A stretch of DNA of 63,202 nucleotides, the filler included, from Octopus bimaculoides (lineage: Eukaryota), in assembly GCF_001194135.2 (NCBI RefSeq). It is 6 parts of 6 records of this genome, joined end to end, with 100 filler letters (N's around TTAATTAATTAA, not from the genome) between each part and the next. Parts side by side here need not be neighbours in the genome. Positions count along the whole stretch, not along the records: positions 34,817 to 42,284 come from NC_068982.1; positions 42,385 to 48,802 come from NW_026367743.1; positions 48,903 to 54,647 come from NC_068984.1; 3 more parts are not named here. The stretch is one strand, 5' to 3'. Below are positions 38,623 to 53,742 of this stretch, piece by piece. The notes under the pieces are model-generated. The model was given only the letters and a program-made list of their open reading frames with translations, ran no database searches and was not told the origin of the DNA. Both the position numbers and the translations under genes were made by a program. Numbering within the stretch: the first letter of the stretch is position 1; each line of letters starts with the position of its first letter.

Positions 38623-39171
38623 ATATTCCTTCTGCAGTTTTCCATCTTGTAGAAAGGTTGCCCTTTTTTTCTGCTTTAAAATAGAAATACAGAATCCACT
38701 CACAATTTAATATTTTGTATTGTATTTAAGAAAATTTTTTTTTTCTTCCATCATATGCATTAATCTTTATTATAAATCATAAAATGAAGGTTTAAGTCTT
38801 GAAAAGTTAGTATTTTATATGGTCGCTTCTTTTTTCCATCATTTCTAGGCGCACGTTTTGATATCTTTACAGCTCATCGATACATCCTTTTAGTAATTGG
38901 TCTTATGTGCTTATATGACAATTTAAAAATCTCCATCATACCTGTAACCCAATCCTTTTACACTTCTTGCTCAAAAGGTGCCTTCTTCTGTATAGTTAAA
39001 CCATGTTTGTGATTGCTTATTTGTTTTATCTTTGATAAAATATCGACTGTTACTGAAACAGTTTCTGGTTTTATTATCCACATTATTTTTTATTGTTGTT
39101 CTTTCTTTAGTTTAAGGTCAGCCACGATTGAGTACACTAACGAAAAAGATTATCAATATTATTCAGGTCTA

Positions 39172-39620
39172 AAGCAGTGAGCTGGCAGAATCGTTAACAT
39201 GCCTGACAAAATGCTTAGCGACATTTCGTCTATCTTTACGTTCTGAGTTCAAATTCCGCCGAGGTCCACTGTACTTTTCATTCTTTTGGGGTCGATAAAA
39301 TAAGTACCAGCTGTGTACTGGGGTCGATGTAATCTGATTACTCATTCAATCAAAATTGCCGGCCTTGTGCCAAAATTTGAAATCATTATTACCTTGGTCT
39401 TGAAGGCGGCGAGCTAGCAGAATCGTTAGCACGCCCGGCAAAATGCTTAGGGGCATTTCGTCTATTTTTACTTTCCGAGTTCAAATTCCATCGAGGTTGA
39501 CTTAGTCTTTTAACCTTCCGAGGTCGATAAAATAAGTACCAGTTGAGCACTGGAATCGATGTACTCGACTTACCCCTCCCCGAAATTGCTGGCCTTGTGC
39601 CAAAATGAGAAATCATTATT
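39172..39620 (+). mobile_element. Tandem pair of tRNA-derived SINEs (family A)
   Basis: A-box-like GGCAGAATCGTTAG and B-box GAGTTCAAATTCC. Further copies at about 29335-29545(+), 35715-35912(-), 41730-42110(+, two), 43050-43245(-), 46104-46310(+), 47478-47640(-), 49945-50445(-, several). Confidence 0.9.
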
Positions 39621-41022
39621 ACTCTGGTCTTAAAATTTCGCTTTCTTATAAAGGGAACTTTCTCCATACTTCACTGATATCTTCGAATTATTACTTTTTT
39701 CGGCTGTATTTGAAAATTACTTGATCAATGGAATACTTAAAGATGGGCGTTTTTGAAACACATTTTCAAGATCTAAAGCATCAAGAGCTTGTAATTAATG
39801 AACATACTGGATGACACAGACTGTTTGTACATTTTGCTTAGTTTCGCATAAAAATCCAATGTTTTAAGTTGAAATACTTCGAGTTCTTCGGTTCGGATTC
39901 TTGAAGAATACTTTAGAAAGATACTCTCAGTTCATTGCTACACTATATATTTCACTTACGGAAAGTAAATTGAAGCACCAGTGATATTAACTTTAGGTTT
40001 GCCTGCATCTTTTAGTACTTGACAATTAATAAATTAACAAGAATACCATTCATACTACCGTTAACAGAAGCACTTAGACCATGAATTCTTAAGCTCTCAG
40101 CTTGAAGCTTTAAATTTATTTTATTTACATATAGTAGAATAAAAGTTAGAAATGCAAAGTACATTTTCACAAATGGATTCTGAAAAGCTTTTAGTGTTGC
40201 AGATGATGAAGTTATTCTATGTAATACTTCAGTATTACAGTATCACAGTATCGACCAAGCCATCAGATGTTATACATCGCAGGTTACAATGTACTTACAA
40301 ATCTATCTTGATAGCCCAATTCTTTTCTATGTTGGCCAAATTGCTTAACTAGATAGTCTTCCCATCGTTGTGGAGGCCTCCCTACCGGCCTCTGTTGGGT
40401 TTTTTTAATGCCACTCGGCAACTGCACGGGTCCACCTGTTGTCTATGAACCTTGCGATATATCCGCCCCAGCGGAACTTCTGTTTTCGATGCTTTGCGAT
40501 CACATCATTCACTTCGCTTCGTTCTCAAACGATCTCATCTTAAAAGCTAAAACAATGAAGTAAAAAAAATACGAGAAATGTTGATTATTGATTCAGTAGT
40601 CTGTTTAGCACTAACTGAAGTAATAACCTTCATGTATAACAATGACGTAATCTTTTTTTTTCTTATTAGGCTCGGAACCTGGAAGTGGAAGTTCTAAACA
40701 TGTACAGGATGCATTGGTATGTATGTATGTATGTATGTATGTATGTATGTGTGAGTGTGTGTGTATACATGTATGTATAAACACACACACATATACATAT
40801 ACATATGCACACACATATACATATACATAAGCATGCGTGCACACGCCCCGTTCTATATCTGAATGTATTGACTGGCATACACAGGTTTCTACAAAGCGAT
40901 ATGGTATTTTTTGCTGTAGAAGACTTTAAACAACAAGTTTTTATCTCATAATACATCTGCAGTATTATTTGCATACTCTATGACGCTTTTAAATGGTACA
41001 CCATGTTTAGCAAAAATAAATA

Positions 41023-41073
<51 letters not shown>

Positions 41074-41082
41074 TCTCTATTG

Positions 41083-41235
41083 TTGTTGTGCGGTAAGAAG
41101 TTTGCTTCTCAACCACATGGTTACGGGTTCGGTCCCACTGCATGGCACCTTGGACAAGTGTCTTCTTCTCTAACCTTGGGCTGACCGAAACCTTGTGGGT
41201 AGATTTGGTAGACGAGAACTGAAAGATGCCCGTCG

Positions 41236-41269
<34 letters not shown>

Positions 41270-41535
41270 TGTATGTATGTGCATGTGTGATGTATGTATG
41301 TATGTAATGTATATGTGTGTGTGTCTTTGTGTTTGTCCCACACCACCACTGCTTGACAACCGGTGTTGGTGTGTTTACGTCTCCGTAACATAGATCGCAA
41401 AAGAGGCTGATACCATAAGTACCAGGTTTTTAAAAGAATAAGTACTGAAGTTGATTTATTCGACTAAAAATCCCTCAATGCGGTGCCCCAGCATGGCCGC
41501 AATATAATAACTGAAACAAGTAAAAGATAAAAAAG
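41083..41535 (+). mobile_element. tRNA-derived SINE family B with internal (TATG)n and LINE-like tail
   Basis: Head GTGCGGTAAGAAG..GGGTTCGGTCCC, a CCTTGG.CAAGT motif, an internal microsatellite, and tail CGGTGCCCCAGCATGGCC..GAAACAAGTAAAAGATAA. Other copies at about 55470-55812(-), 18505-18700(-), 9020-9240(-). Confidence 0.85.
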
Positions 41536-42104
41536 ATAACTGTAAAAATACCTCGAGCAGCATAGCAACCAATTTCCAACGTAGTTAAAACATGCCAATT
41601 GTTCTTTTTTTAATACGGCTTTCATAAAATCTAGCTATCGAGACAAGTTATTATTGTTATCGCGTGAGAGAGCAGCGTATACCATCAGAGTGTCACTGGG
41701 GCACGAATATACGAAGCCTAATATAACCCGCGAGCTGGCAGGATCGTTAGCATGCCGGACAAAATGGTTACCAGTATTTCGTCCACCTTTACATTCTGAG
41801 TTCAAATTCCTCCGAAGTCGACTTTACTTTTCATTCTTTTGGGATCGATAGATTAAGTACCAGTGAAACTCTGGGGTCGATATGATCGACTAGTCCCCCC
41901 GCTCCAAATTTCAGATCTTGTGCTTTTAGTAAATAGGATTAGCGGCATTTCGTCCGTCTTTACGTTCTGAGTTCAAAGCCCGCCGAGGTCGACTTTGCCT
42001 TTCATCTTTTCGGAGTCGATAAATTAAGTACCAGTGAAACACTGGAGTCGATGTAATTGACTAGTCCCCTCCCTCAAAATTTCAGGCCTTGTGCTTTTAT
42101 TAGA

Positions 42105-42159
<55 letters not shown>

Positions 42160-42384
42160 TTGATGCATCTATACTTTCATAAATAATTAATGAGAATATA
42201 ATTTTTATTTAATTACGCTATAAGAGTTTCCAAGTATTCCTTACTAAATACATTACAAAAGCCAGCTATTCTTTTTATTCTTACNNNNNNNNNNNNNNNN
42301 NNNNNNNNNNNNNNNNNNNNNNNNNNNNTTAATTAATTAANNNNNNNNNNNNNNNNNNNNNNNNNNNNNNNNNNNNNNNNNNNN

Positions 42385-42417
<33 letters not shown>

Positions 42418-43843
42418 ATGCACGTATGTACCAATATATAGATACATAATATATTATATACATACATAATACATACATACCGGCATACGTAGTACACACT
42501 CACTCGCATACACACAAACGCACATATATAGAAACACACACATACGCACACACACACACACACAGACACACACACACACAAAAAAATATTTATATATTCA
42601 TAAATACATTCATACGTGCATTTACAATTTCGTTGAGCAGTATAGCTTTTAATACCGAAATTTGATGGCAGCCCTTCTAGGATCGCCTGAATAGAAATTG
42701 CTTCAAATATTTCCTGTCTTCGCTCCAGTGCTCCATTGTATCAGCCCTTTCAACTATTTTCAGTAAATCACCTGTTGCATTGAAACGATGTTGTTTTTTT
42801 GTGTTGTAGCATAGGATTGCTTTCACTTCTGGCGTTAGATTAACCCAATGTGAATACCATACTAGGGATCAATAGTCTAGACGGCTGAGACCACTTCACA
42901 GAACCTACACGGTTGCTTGCTCTCCCTTTTGCAGAATAATCTTATCATTCAGCCTAGCAGTCTTCTATACATCGTTGTAATGTTAGTAATATGTGCTGGT
43001 TCTGGCGCATCATTACTTACATTGAGACAGTATATATTTCTTTATTGCTTACAGAGGGCTAAACATAGAGGGGACAAACAAGGACAGACAAGGACCCCAG
43101 TGCGTAACTGGTACTTATTTAATCGACCCCGAAAAGATGAAAGACAAAGTCCATCTCGGCGGAATTGAACTCAGAACCTAACAGCAGACGAAATAACGCT
43201 AAGCATTTTGTCCGGCGTGCTAAAGATTCTGCCAGCTCGCTGCTCTTACATTGAGACAGTATCTATCTAGAGTGATAGCGAAGAGCTTGAAATTCAGCAG
43301 CGTTAAATTGAAATGCTGTATTCTTCTGTAAAATTGCTGGTTACATTAATGTCTTGTCGGTTCACCCCAAATCCATAGTTCATAATTGCTTCGGATATCG
43401 TATCGTCAAAACGGCGAGCAGGTAGAATCGTTAGCACTTCAGACAAAATGCTTAGCGGCCTTTCTTCAGTCACGCTATATATCGTATAGAAAGAGAGAGA
43501 GAGAGTAAAAGAGAGATAGATAGATAGAGATAGACAGAGATAGACAGAGATAAATAAATAGATAGATAAAGAGAGAGAGAGAGAGGGGGAGAGCTAAGAT
43601 AAGACGTGCAGGAGGATTGCATGCTAGGCTTGATGGAAAACAACGAATAAATGAATGGTACACACACGCGAACACACACTTCACTCAAACACAAACATAC
43701 ACACACACAGTGAGAGTGAACAAATTAGAGATAGTCAAGGAAAATATACTCCATATACATATACATAAATACATACATATATAAATTCTTAAAACATGAC
43801 ACACGCATGCATATATGCGTGTGTGTGTGTGTCTCTGTATGTT

Positions 43844-43885
<42 letters not shown>

Positions 43886-45598
43886 TTTATATAAATACAT
43901 ACATTTGTGAACATACATGACATATATATGTAAATACATTGAATAATGTATCCGTGCGTGCATGCATACGCTCACACATATACACACACCTCACATAAAC
44001 ACACTGATATACACGCATGCACAGATAAATACCACATACACACATAGATACATCCATTCATTCATACATAAATACCTACATACATACGTACATATATAAA
44101 TACACATACAAGCATGCGTACGTAGACACACACATGCATATATAAAAATTCAATAGCATTGATATATTATTCCAGTTTAATGAAGAGAGTGAAACCTGTT
44201 ATTGGTGAATAAACTTTTTGTCTGGCCTCTCCTTTGAAATAATTTTTTTCTCTTCTGAATCATGCCAACTTATTCCATCCGTAACTTCCGCTTTTAACAA
44301 TATACTTCAACTGCAGGCAACAAAATGTCTCCGGCATAATGTGGAATATATGTGGCTTGGCAACAGTCGATTGTTATAGTACCGTAAAATTTAGTGTAAC
44401 GTATTTTATTCGTCTCTTTTTCAGATGGAAAGTGCATTCTGTGCTTTAGGAGACCCATTAATAATTACGGGAAAATACTTACGTGTTTGACTCTCCATTC
44501 CGTTCCATTGAGAAATGGTTCTATGTTCATATAGGTATGAAGATATACATGATTGGCACGTGAGCCACGGCACGTCTGTATGTAATTATACGACTATATG
44601 TATGTATGTATTTATGTATGTATGTATGTATGTATGTATGTGTATATGTATGTACATATCTNNNNNNNNNNNNNTATCTATCTATCTATCTATCTATCTA
44701 TCTGTCTCTCTATAAGTATGATTCTTTTCGTGGAACAGTGTGTCTCGAAGCGCATAAAGCTATAGATAATAAATAGTATATAAATATTGGGTTAAAAAAA
44801 AACCTCTTTGGATAAAAAAAATGTGATTGGAAATGTGGTTTCGCGTTCCACGAGTTGCCTTCAACTTCTTTTATATNNNNNNNNNNNNNNNNNNNNNNNN
44901 NNNNNNNNNNNNNNNNNNNNNNNNNNNNNNNNNNNNNNNNNNNNNNNNNNNNNNNNNNNNNNNNNNNNNNNNNNNNNNNNNNNNNNNNNNNNNNNNNNNN
45001 NNNNNNNNNNNNNNNNNNNNNNNNNNNNNNNNNNNNNNNNNNNNNNNNNNNNNNNNNNNNNNNNNNNNNNNNNNNNNNNNNNNNNNNNNNNNNNNNNNNN
45101 NNNNNNNNNNNNNNNNNNNNNNNNNNNNNNNNNNNNNNNNNNNNNNNNNNNNNNNNNNNNNNNNNNNNNNNNNNNNNNNNNNNNNNNNNNNNNNNNNNNN
45201 NNNNNNNNNNNNNNNNNNNNNNNNNNNNNNNNNNNNNNNNNNNNNNNNNNNNNNNNNNNNNNNNNNNNNNNNNNNNNNNNNNNNNNNNNNNNNNNNNNNN
45301 NNNNNNNNNNNNNNNNNNNNNNNNNNNNNNNNNNNNNNNNNNNNNNNNNNNNNNNNNNNNNNNNNNNNNNNNNNNNNNNNNNNNNNNNNNNNNNNNNNNN
45401 NNNNNNNNNNNNNNNNNNNNNNNNNNNNNNNNNNNNNNNNNNNNNNNNNNNNNNNNNNNNNNNNNNNNNNNNNNNNNNNNNNNNNNNNNNNNNNNNNNNN
45501 NNNNNNNNNNNNNNNNNNNNNNNNNNNNNNNNNNNNNNNNNNNNNNNNNNNNNNNNNNNNNNNNNNNNNNNNNNNNNNNNNNNNNNNNNNNNNNNNNN

Positions 45599-45633
<35 letters not shown>

Positions 45634-46824
45634 AGATGCAGAGACACAGGTGTGTGTAGCTAGATATATGTTTTTATGTAATATATTTATTATACGTGTG
45701 TGCGTACACATACGCATGAATGTAATATAACTATATATATGCATACAGAATAAATGTGTGTGTGTGTGTGTAGTTATGAGATAGATAGGCGGACAGGCAG
45801 GCAGAGAGGTAGATAGATACCTTGCTAGCTAAAAAGATCGATAGATAAACGCTGTGTAAGGACGTTTGAATAAGATATATTGTTTGCTAATTAACAGCTG
45901 AGGGAATATTTATGTTCTACCAGTGAAAGAATTCTGCTTAATATTAAGACAAATGGAGAACAAAATTACGGGTACATCCTAAATGTAAGAATATTAGTAA
46001 CGGATTTAGGATTAAAAAGAAAAACAACAACCACTAATTCATTGAGTCTAGAAAAAGATTTAAGAACAGAAGCATTTAATCGTTCTTTATATTTTTTTCT
46101 TTGAGGCATTGAGTTGGTAGAAACGTTAGCATTCCGGGCGAAATGCTTAGTGGTATTTCATCTGTCTGAGTTCAAACTCCGCTAAGGTCGACTTTGTCTT
46201 TTATCCTTTCGGAATCGATAAATTAAGTACCAGTTGCGTACTACGGTCGATCTAATCGACTGGCCCCCTTCTCCGAAAATTTCGGGCCTTGTGCCTAGAG
46301 TAAAAAAGTATATTTACTTATGTGCATTCCTTTTTATTCGATTGTGTCAGGGCTATTATATGCGACGTTCCTCAGTGTTTCATGACTTAATAGCTTTACA
46401 TTTAAAGGGATTAAATAATAAAATAAAAAATAGACTGGATGCAGCAGTTCTTTTTCTTTTTCTTTGTTTCATCGGGACGGCGGCCATTTTGAGGCACCAC
46501 CTTGAAGGGNNNNNNNNNNNNNNNNNNNNNNNNNNNNNNNNNNNNNNNNNNNNNNNNNNNNNNNNNNNNNNNNNNNNNNNNNNNNNNNNNNNNNNNNNNN
46601 NNNNNNNNNNNNNNNNNNNNNNNNNNNNNNNNNNNNNNNNNNNNNNNNNNNNNNNNNNNNNNNNNNNNNNNNNNNNNNNNNNNNNNNNNNNNNNNNNNNN
46701 NNNNNNNNNNNNNNNNNNNNNNNNNNNNNNNNNNNNNNNNNNNNNNNNNNNNNNNNNNNNNNNNNNNNNNNNNNNNNNNNNNNNNNNNNNNNNNNNNNNN
46801 NNNNNNNNGTGATATTAAACACAA

Positions 46825-46860
<36 letters not shown>

Positions 46861-47637
46861 GCACACACACACACACACACATACACGACGAGCTTCAACA
46901 CATTCTACAAAATTCCGTCTACAAAATTAACTCATATGAAATATTGATCGGTCCGTAGTTATTGTAGAAGTTACTCGCCCAAGCTGTCGCGCAATGGGTC
47001 CGAACTCGAGAACACGTGTCCGCAAAGCGAGGTATTTTAACTCCACAGCCTGTCGTAGATAAAAATTTTATAATACATCAAAGCAAGACCACAAATGCTT
47101 AGCAAAAAAGTAAAATTGATTGAAGACGAGACTAATAAAAATCAAACTACAATAAGTAAATACCGGAATAAACTGAAATAAAAAATAAAAATACGAAATT
47201 GGAAATCGTCTGATTCAGACGGAGTCAAAAGCGTCTGGTTTGAAAGTTTCATACGTTTGTATAACAGAAGAAAAACATAAATCAATACAAAAATATAAGA
47301 TAAAAAAGAAAGTAACAAACTATCAATTTATCATGTGTTTACTACTGATGTGGAAATTTCTGAGGTGGTTGGCATTTGATTTGGAATACGTCTTTCTTCA
47401 TGAATATTTGGAGGATGAGAAAGGCTACTGATAGAGGCTTTCGGGAACTATGTAACTTACTCTATATTCTTTTCTACTCTAGGCACAAGGCCCGAAATTT
47501 TGGGAGAGGGGTTAGTCGAATAGATCGACCCCAATATGCAACTGGTACCTAATTTATCGACCCCCCCCCACAAAGGATGAAAGGCAAAGTAGACCTCGGT
47601 GGAATTTGAACTCAGAACATAAAAACAGACGAAATAC

Positions 47638-47675
<38 letters not shown>

Positions 47676-47707
47676 TATTATTATTATTTGTTATTTATTC
47701 ATCAGGA

Positions 47708-47750
47708 CACTTGATGAAGGCTGGAGAAAAAAATCAGCCGAAACGTTGTG
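47708..47750 (+). ncRNA. Putative minimal type-I hammerhead ribozyme motif
   Basis: CAC-TTGATGA-A-GGCTG(11-nt loop)CAGCC-GAAA-CGT-T-GTG; C3U variant; activity unknown. Confidence 0.4.
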
Positions 47751-48036
47751 GTAACAACAAACAAAATGAAGACACATATCCGTCCAATGTAAATAATGTA
47801 AATAAAATCAAATGGAGTTTCACTTTATTTTACTAATTCCAGCATCATTTGAAACATTTCCTTCGTCCACAGCCACTTACAAAATCTACCAGTGATGAAG
47901 GAAACACGTGTAGATTCATTCGCTATAAATACAGGAACCTGAAACATACATATGTATGCCAGGAGCGATAGTTTAATGTAAGTTTATATATATTATTTCG
48001 ATATATAGTTAAAGTATTATTTTTACGCGTTAAATA

Positions 48037-48158
48037 CAGGGTGTCCACAAGGTCTGGGTACATGGAGTAAATAAAATAACATAAACAATGAAATATAAGA
48101 AATAATAATTTCTTAAAATGTGTTAATTCCCATGTACCCAGACTTTGTGGACACCCTG
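48037..48158. mobile_element. Tc1/mariner-type MITE, 122 bp
   Basis: 29-bp TIRs CAGGGTGTCCACAA(G/A)GTCTGGGTACATGG (1 mismatch), flanked by TA on both sides. Confidence 0.92.
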
Positions 48159-48308
48159 TAGATCCACGTACGAAATATATTCAAATATCAATAATATACA
48201 GACGCAGATAACGTTTGGTCTTTTTTTTTTGTCAGGTCATTTTCAGTTCTGTAAAAATCCTTTTACGCATAAAATGATTTCTTGTTTCCCTAATGATATT
48301 CTCTATTA

Positions 48309-48368
<60 letters not shown>

Positions 48369-48573
48369 GAATTACATACAGAGACATACACATGCACACG
48401 AACACATGCAAACACAGACTCTATCTCCTCCCCTCTCCTCTCCTTCTCCTTCTCCTCCTCTCTCATTCTCTCCCCTTTCTCTATATATATCTGTTTATGT
48501 GTGTATTTGTGTGTGTACAAATATACATATATATATGCATATATGTATATGTATATATGTATGTATGTATACG

Positions 48574-48625
<52 letters not shown>

Positions 48626-48902
48626 TATATATATATATATGTTGTACATCATCATCATCGTCATCATCACCATCACCATCATTATCTTTTTCTTCTCATG
48701 ACATTCTTGTTTCATTCTTTGACAAGTTACCACAACTGGAATTCCGCCAGTTGCTATTTATCATTCGCAACAACTTCAAATCTCACATCAAATTCTGAAT
48801 AANNNNNNNNNNNNNNNNNNNNNNNNNNNNNNNNNNNNNNNNNNNNTTAATTAATTAANNNNNNNNNNNNNNNNNNNNNNNNNNNNNNNNNNNNNNNNNN
48901 NN

Positions 48903-48943
<41 letters not shown>

Positions 48944-51900
48944 GCATGTATGTATGTATGTATGTATGTATTTATATGGGTGTATGTGTGCAGGACATAT
49001 ATGTTGAGTATGTGTGTGTGTATATATAAATATATATGTATATATATTTGTACATATAGTTGTAAAATATTTACGCACATCTCCAAATTCAAATTATAAC
49101 GTGTAAATTTCCTTTAGTAGTAGTTGTGCTGGTAAGAGTGAAACACGGAAGTGCAACGAGACGGCTGGGAGGGGGAAAGAGGGAGAACGGGGTGGTTGGG
49201 AGGAAAATATATAGAAGTAAACAAGATGAACGGAAAAGAAAATAAACAAAGAAACAGACGAAGAAAAAGAAGACGAAGAAAAGGGAAAAAGGAAAAGGAG
49301 AAGAACAGGGTGCAAAGCAATGAGTTGCACATTAGGAATGAGATTAGTGGAGGAAGGAGCAAAAGCCAAACGTAATCATTATCAGATTATATCTTGAGTA
49401 GGTTATTCTGCTGACTGACTTACTTCCAGCTGGCTGTTCATCAAGACCTCTTTACTGATCAATAAATGGGGTCAGGGTTGATTGTATGCCAGTGGTTGAG
49501 AGGGTTGGGAAGATAGAGTGGGGGTGCGAGGTGATGGTGTATGTGCGTTACATGACTTATTGACCTGATCTAGCAATATCGATAAGTTGAGACATTCGAC
49601 ACCTTTCATTTGCAGTGTGTTTAATGTAATAACATTGCATTAATAAAGATATGGGGAGAAACTCGGGGGTAGTTACTAGGGATACTAGAAATAAGAACCA
49701 GATTCCCTCAACTCGTACTATACCGACTTTAAAATGATAAATGTACATTAGAAAACGTAGTCTGGGACACTATTTCGGAAAGTATGGAATGATCAGGAAT
49801 GTTACATATTTGATCATATGCCTGCTGACCTGGGGTTAAAAAGCAACAGTAACACTAACAAATACAACTGTGAGGTCCGACGTAATTTCAAACGTATTAT
49901 TTTCAATAAGATGATACTGGGGAAACTTATGATAATAATAATGGTTTCAGAATTTGGCACTAAGCCAGCAATTTCACGGATCAGACGATTACATCAACCC
50001 CAGTGTTTGACCTTGAGAGGATGAAAGGTAAATTTAGCCTATGGCCAGATTTGAACTCAGAACAATAGAGCCGGAAGAAATGCCGCTAATCCTTTTGTGC
50101 AAAGCGCTAACGGTTCTGCCAGCTCGCTGCCTTATAAGCACAAAGGCAACAATTATGAAGGGAGTGAAGAGGTCGATACGATCGACACCCGTTACTTGCA
50201 GCCAATACTTTATTTTATCCTCTCCGAATAGATGAAAGGCAAATTTCACTTTGGCTGGATTCGAATTCAGAACGTAAAGTGCAGGAAGAAATACTTCAAG
50301 GTATTTTGTCCGAAGCTCTAATATTTGACTGAAACTTAATTTTAACACCAGTACTTGAGTGAAACTTTATTTCATCAACCCCAGAAAGATGAAAAACCAA
50401 ATTAACCTCAAGCAGGATTTCAACTCAGAACGTAAGGGGCTCGTCTTGGTAAAACGTTAGGTTCTCCGAACCCATACAGCAACTGAACGTATCTCATTCC
50501 AACACCAACTTCGTTTTTGGTTTACTATTGTTTGTCCACCTTCACCAGTTTCCCCAGTTTACAGGTTTTATTTTATTACTATTGTTAGAGTGTCTCTTTC
50601 TTAAGCTTTATCACAAAGTATGCCGTTTGCTTCCACTATCTTTTAAGTGAAGTTCAGTTGTTCAGTACATTATATGCATAACAGAAATTCCTTAGAATCT
50701 ATAATATAAGATTATGTAAGAATTTTGACAGATCTTTTTCTAAAATAGAGACCAAGAGTAGAAATATTCAAGCTGCTGACAAAATTCTATTATTATGCAT
50801 GGGTATGTAACAATGTAAATGTTGGAAAATGAAAGTAGCGTTGACAGGTTAAGTAGCATCTCTTGAAACTGTAATTATTGCATTATTTCAATGTTAAGCT
50901 GTCACAATCCAGGTTACAAGAGATTACGATAACGAAATAAAATATAGAGAGAATCCTCGTAACCACTAAATGTATTAGGAATTAGGGACTAAACACGAAA
51001 GTATTAAATATATAATGCAGTTGTATTCAAAACATCAAAGTTATACATAAATATCATGCTGCATCGACTATAGTGAATAACGCCTATAGATAAGGCTTCA
51101 CGTTGAAATGTAAAACAGAGATGTTGGCACAACGTCTGTGTATATGGGGCTTGTAGGAGTATGGGTAATTGACTTCACCCCAGTATATGACAGAAGGTAA
51201 AGTTGACTTCGGCCTGGTTTGAAGTCAGAAGGAAAAGATCGAGAAGAAATACCATAAGACGTTTTGTTCAACGCTTCAACGGTTTTCTCAATCTACTAAT
51301 CTATAAATGTTGTTGTTTTTAGACCAAGAGCGATTTTGACTTCCTTATGATCAAAGAACCATTCCAACTGTGAGCATCACATATATTTGTGTATGAACAT
51401 CATAGGACAATGTGTCTTCTTTTTAAGAGAGTAGTACGTGATTTGATGAAGATTTAGCTATTATTTCTAAACATTCAAACGATGACGTAGAGGCTCTGTG
51501 GTGAGTAAATATATCATTTACCCTGTTAGAAATTAAAAATCAGAATTTGTCGCTGGTTTTGTTATTTTCAGAAATATATATTTTTTCTGTTCATAAATTT
51601 TCACTCTTATTCGTAAACATTTCTGCATGTATTGGTATTTGTTGTTATGTTGTTATTTATTTCTAGGTCAGTCTTGATTAAGCAGACTAATGATCAAAGG
51701 CGCAATGCCACGACATAGAGGTTTCTCTAGTTGGCTCGTATAACGATATTTAGTGGTAGTGGAAGAGGTCATGTGATACTATAATATTTACTATGTTGCC
51801 TTTAGCTTATATTAAAGATGTCTTACACTTTACATCGTGTCTGTGTAAAACTTTTAGATTTTACTTGTATTATGATGAAGTCTATTTCCTCACGGTTGGT

Positions 51901-53703
51901 TCGTGTCTTTGATTATTATGAACAAAGCAGAGTTATGAGGTCTAAAGAATCCCTGCCGATAATGGCCTCACAGTATTTTCGAATTTTCTTTTGTTAAAAT
52001 CAATATATATTCAGAAATGATTTGGTGAATATATTCAGATAGAACAGTAAAGAAAAGAATGAAACACAGATAGACTAATATACAAGATAGCGTAACAAAG
52101 AAGATATAAAGAAAATGAGCAAATGATGAATGCTATATGCATTGACCAGGCTAATTCGCCGTTTATTATCATATTATTTTGGTATTGTTGACTTTAGTTT
52201 ACTTTCTTATGCTTGTAGAGAGAAATAGTGTCTTGTGCTGTCTTTAATTATAATTCCATTCATATCTAGGAGGTTGTATAGCAATATAAATCGACTCCAA
52301 TACTTGAGTGGGGCATTATTTTATCGGCCTCTGATGGATGAAAGGCAATGTTAACTTGGCGTGAATCGAACTCAAGACAAAAAAGCCGTAACTAAATATT
52401 GCAAAGCATTTTATCCGATACTCAAACAATTCTGCCATGAACCTCAATATATCGCTGGTATGTATTTATTTTCTCGATCTAGAATGTATTAGCGAATAAC
52501 ATTGATGTTAATTTGTGCAGAGTATAAAAGCGAAATATGGAAGGGTAACACGAAATAACATTAATCATTTAGTCTGGTGCCATAGGTTTCTCTGAGTACT
52601 TATAAAGATAGACTTCAAAATCTGTATTTCCCACAAAACCACGTTCAGTCCTTACACTCCTTTGAACTATTTTCGTTTTCTCACTCGCATACAGTGAGAT
52701 ACTCCTTTTCTGAAAAACTGTGCAACTGATTATTCATTCCAGTGTATTTTAGTGTACCAGTAACTGCCATGTGTAATTTACTTAATAAAAACGATTCTTT
52801 AATAATCATTGTATTACACTTCTAATACTATTTACATTATTTGTTTGTATTTCGTTGATATTTTTATATAAAAATTACGTATGCATGTTTACATATGTTA
52901 AAATAGATTATTAAAGCAAACTTTAAAGTGAAATAACAGAGAATTAGTTTGTAGGATCGAACACGTACCTACTTCACTGCTAATAATCAATGTAGCGGTT
53001 GTTTTTGTTGCTGTTATTGTTTAGCTCCGCATCCCCCACTAATGAAACAGGCTTGTTATGAAGATACTCCTCTCATGAGTGTCCATCTTTTATTCAGGCT
53101 TGATGTATCCACCATGTCCTTTCTTTTGCAATATCCTAGGGTGTTATTTGAGGGACATTTAGCTGCTGTTTATAGTATACCGAGAGGCTACTTAGAGATA
53201 TTTTAATTGACTCGTGAAATAAGGGCAATTACACAGCAGCATTCCAATTTAGCTCTCATGTCACATTTATTTTAACAATACTATTAAACAAAGGAGCTTC
53301 AACGTTACGCGACCTCCCCGAAACAACAGTGAAATCCACTCCTGCAAATCACATCACACTACCTTAAGAATGGGAATGACCTGGATAATTTAGTTCCATG
53401 CTTGAAAAACCCTAACAAAACCGATACGAAGAACAACATTAAGAAGACTATTAATCATATTGTCACAATTTTCTCATCACAAAAAAAACAAATCTCATAC
53501 ATATATTTATTCACTATGATAGATTGCTAACCACTACACGTTCTTCTTTTTTTCTCTCCTTGTTTCTCTCTGTGTTCCTGTCTGTGGAAGAACGTAGGCT
53601 CGAAACGTTAAAGACTTTTTCACTTCCCGAGCGTTATACTAATACATCTGTTTGTTTTCTACACCACCTGTCTTCGTCTTTTTTTTTGTTTTTGTGATTT
53701 CTC

Positions 53704-53742
<39 letters not shown>

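Noticed and set aside
39172-46310. tRNA genes suggested by A/B boxes
   Set aside because: The boxes belong to SINE heads; there is no cloverleaf.
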